NCBI GenBank assembly: GCA_963924565.1
Contig: OZ004611.1
Span: 24,552,001 to 24,616,000 of the forward strand
DNA: 64,000 nt
From: Ascidiella aspersa
Lineage: Eukaryota
Direction of reading: 5' to 3'
The notes below the pieces were generated by a model, which had not been told where the DNA came from, searched no databases, and saw only the letters and a list, made by a program, of their open reading frames with translations. The stretch's first letter is position 1, and every line of letters starts with the position of its first letter. A program made the position numbers and the translations under genes. Shown here piece after piece: positions 62,148-64,000 of this stretch.

Positions 62148-64000
62148 CTAAGCCAGTCCTCCTTTCCGACACCTTTCGGTGCACATCACCAGCGCAGCGC
62201 TGAGCAGCGAACAGAAACCGATTATATAATACAGGCGTGAAGTCGGCAGAACGATGCGGTCGTTTCGTGGGACGTAATCGAACCCATAACCGCTTTCCTC
62301 GAGCTCTATCAAGTAGCCGAAGTTGTTTAGAAACAGTTCGACCCGATTCGAATCGTTGGCCGGCACAAGAGCGGCGTCCGTGATTTGTGCGGCGAAATTC
62401 TCGGAACCGGGCCAGAAACCGCGGTGGATGATTTTACCGTTGCCCGTCGCGCGATCCATCAGGTCGTAGACTATGTGCCAAGCCTGAAAAAAGGCCTCCT
62501 TGTTGGAGCCGATGTGCCACACGAACGGGCCCATGTAGTGCAGCGTGCTCGGGTACACGTTGTCGTCGTACACCAACTTTATGTTGGTCGTGTTCTTGCC
62601 CAGTTTCGTTCGCAGGATTCCGGTAATGAACACGTCCTCCAAATGCATGTCGTACCTGTCGATCAAACAGTCAATCAAATTTTATTTGTTTAACTAGTTG
62701 TTTTCGTTTTTTGATTGGTTATTTAAGAGCGACCCCCTAAACTAAAGTTTTAATCTATGAGAATTACATCTGATTTAACGTTCTGTCGACAACCAAACGC
62801 AAGCGTTAAAAAAATGGGTTTAAAGCAAAAATTTACAATTATCTGATAGACCGCGCTGTTAATTCACACAAAAATTAATACGGCAATTTCGCAAAATCAA
62901 TTGGTGGGCCTTTTGTTATCGCTAACCTCCAAACTGTGACAAGCTTTATTTTATTATTATGTTCAGAAAATAAAATGTACTAGCATCATGTTTTAAATAA
63001 ATGAACAAAATACTCCTATGTTTTATATTACGATCGTGAAGCATCGATACGTTAGCTATAAGCGACTGATCAAACCATTTAGAAAATGCAATTTTTTAAG
63101 CTAGGTTGTAAACCGGCCGTGTCCCTCTAGTGTTACCTTGGAGTGATTTGAGCTTGCCGGTAGATGTCGCTCAACATGGGGAACATCATCACGATAAAAC
63201 CTCCGTGACAAAACGGAGCCAGATGCCCGAATGAGTAGGTTTCCTTCGAGAGAGAGTACTTCCCCTCTCTGTAAAGAAGCTTTAAAGTTAAAAAGATTCT
63301 GAAAGACTAAAACAGGTGTATTGCAGTCACGGTTAAAGTGTAAACGTTGAAATTAGTAGGACAAATACAAATACACATATTTGTCTTTAAAATAATGGAA
63401 TCAGGCGGTTATGTTTAAGAAAACCTTTTTGAAATTTAAATGTCTTGCTTACTTAAACCTCTACATTAAGATAAACTTTATACTTGAAATTGTATTACAT
63501 ATTTATTGCCCCAATGATTTAAGACAGGGGGTTTCTAGCAGCTTATAGTTTTAGGAAATGCTCCACTGTAATAAGCGGTGGCGAAAATATTGACTTCAAC
63601 CCTAAACCCCGTGAACACAGTTTATATTTTTTGTTGTTATCGTAATTTATTTGTTTATAATTCTTGTAAAATAGCGTTAGAGAAACGGAACTCTACCTTG
63701 CAGGTCCAATTTGTGCGCTGTACATGAATGGACAGTGCATCGTTCCGTCTTTGACGAACTTCCGCTGATTGGTTGTGAAGTAATCGTACGTCAGCGCCAT
63801 ATTGATGACGCAATCGTCGTCCGTAAACGCGTAGTAATCGCTGACATCACCAGTGACGTAGGTGACCCATTGGTAGGCTGCCAACACTTTGTCGGGCAAG
63901 GTGGCGTAGTCATCATTAATGTCACATTGGAGAATGTCGCCGTATTCTTTGTTTTCCGCTTCTATTGAAGCCTGTAGTGTTTTGTTTTCTACTCTTCCCT
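62148..64000 (-). CDS. GT31 beta-1,3-glycosyltransferase-like protein, copy 2 (3' exons only)
   Basis: Exons (minus strand) 63697->64000, 63137-63268, 62148-62655. Open frame and intact splice sites, near-identical to copy 1 (TDDD, PFCHGG, LEDVFITG). Confidence 0.9.

Larger units (their letters stand above)
60128..64000. repeat. Second unit of the tandem duplication (continues beyond the window)
   Basis: Colinear with 42502-46330, with scattered substitutions and small indels, e.g. about 60 extra bp at 63064-63125. Confidence 0.9.

Overview
AT-rich, intron-containing animal genomic DNA. The compact introns and repeat types suggest an invertebrate deuterostome such as an ascidian, which is inference only. 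Five spliced genes were reconstructed by hand with phase-consistent splice sites: PGM3 (+, 10 exons, 546 aa), an inositol hexakisphosphate kinase (-, 7 coding exons, 407 aa, one GC-AG intron), a melatonin-receptor-like class A GPCR (-, 7 exons, 345 aa, one GC-AG intron), and two tandem copies of a GT31 beta-1,3-glycosyltransferase (-, second copy cut by the window end). The main find is a 7.8-kb Ty3/gypsy LTR element (52345-60127) inserted into the second duplicate. It has 534-bp LTRs differing at 2 sites by eye, a 5-bp TSD, TG...AA termini, an in-frame A-AAA-AAC -1 slippery site between gag and protease, and a third env-like gene (RTKR furin site, fusion-peptide-like segment, heptad repeat, 8 N-glycosylation sequons, TM anchor). 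That makes it a candidate endogenous-retrovirus-like element. Introns and intergenic DNA also hold a minimal type I hammerhead ribozyme in a 142-bp TSD-flanked insert, a second degenerate hammerhead, a repeat family carrying a tRNA-like cloverleaf with an aberrant anticodon arm, and several hAT-type MITEs. All coordinates and identities were read by eye; no searches were run.
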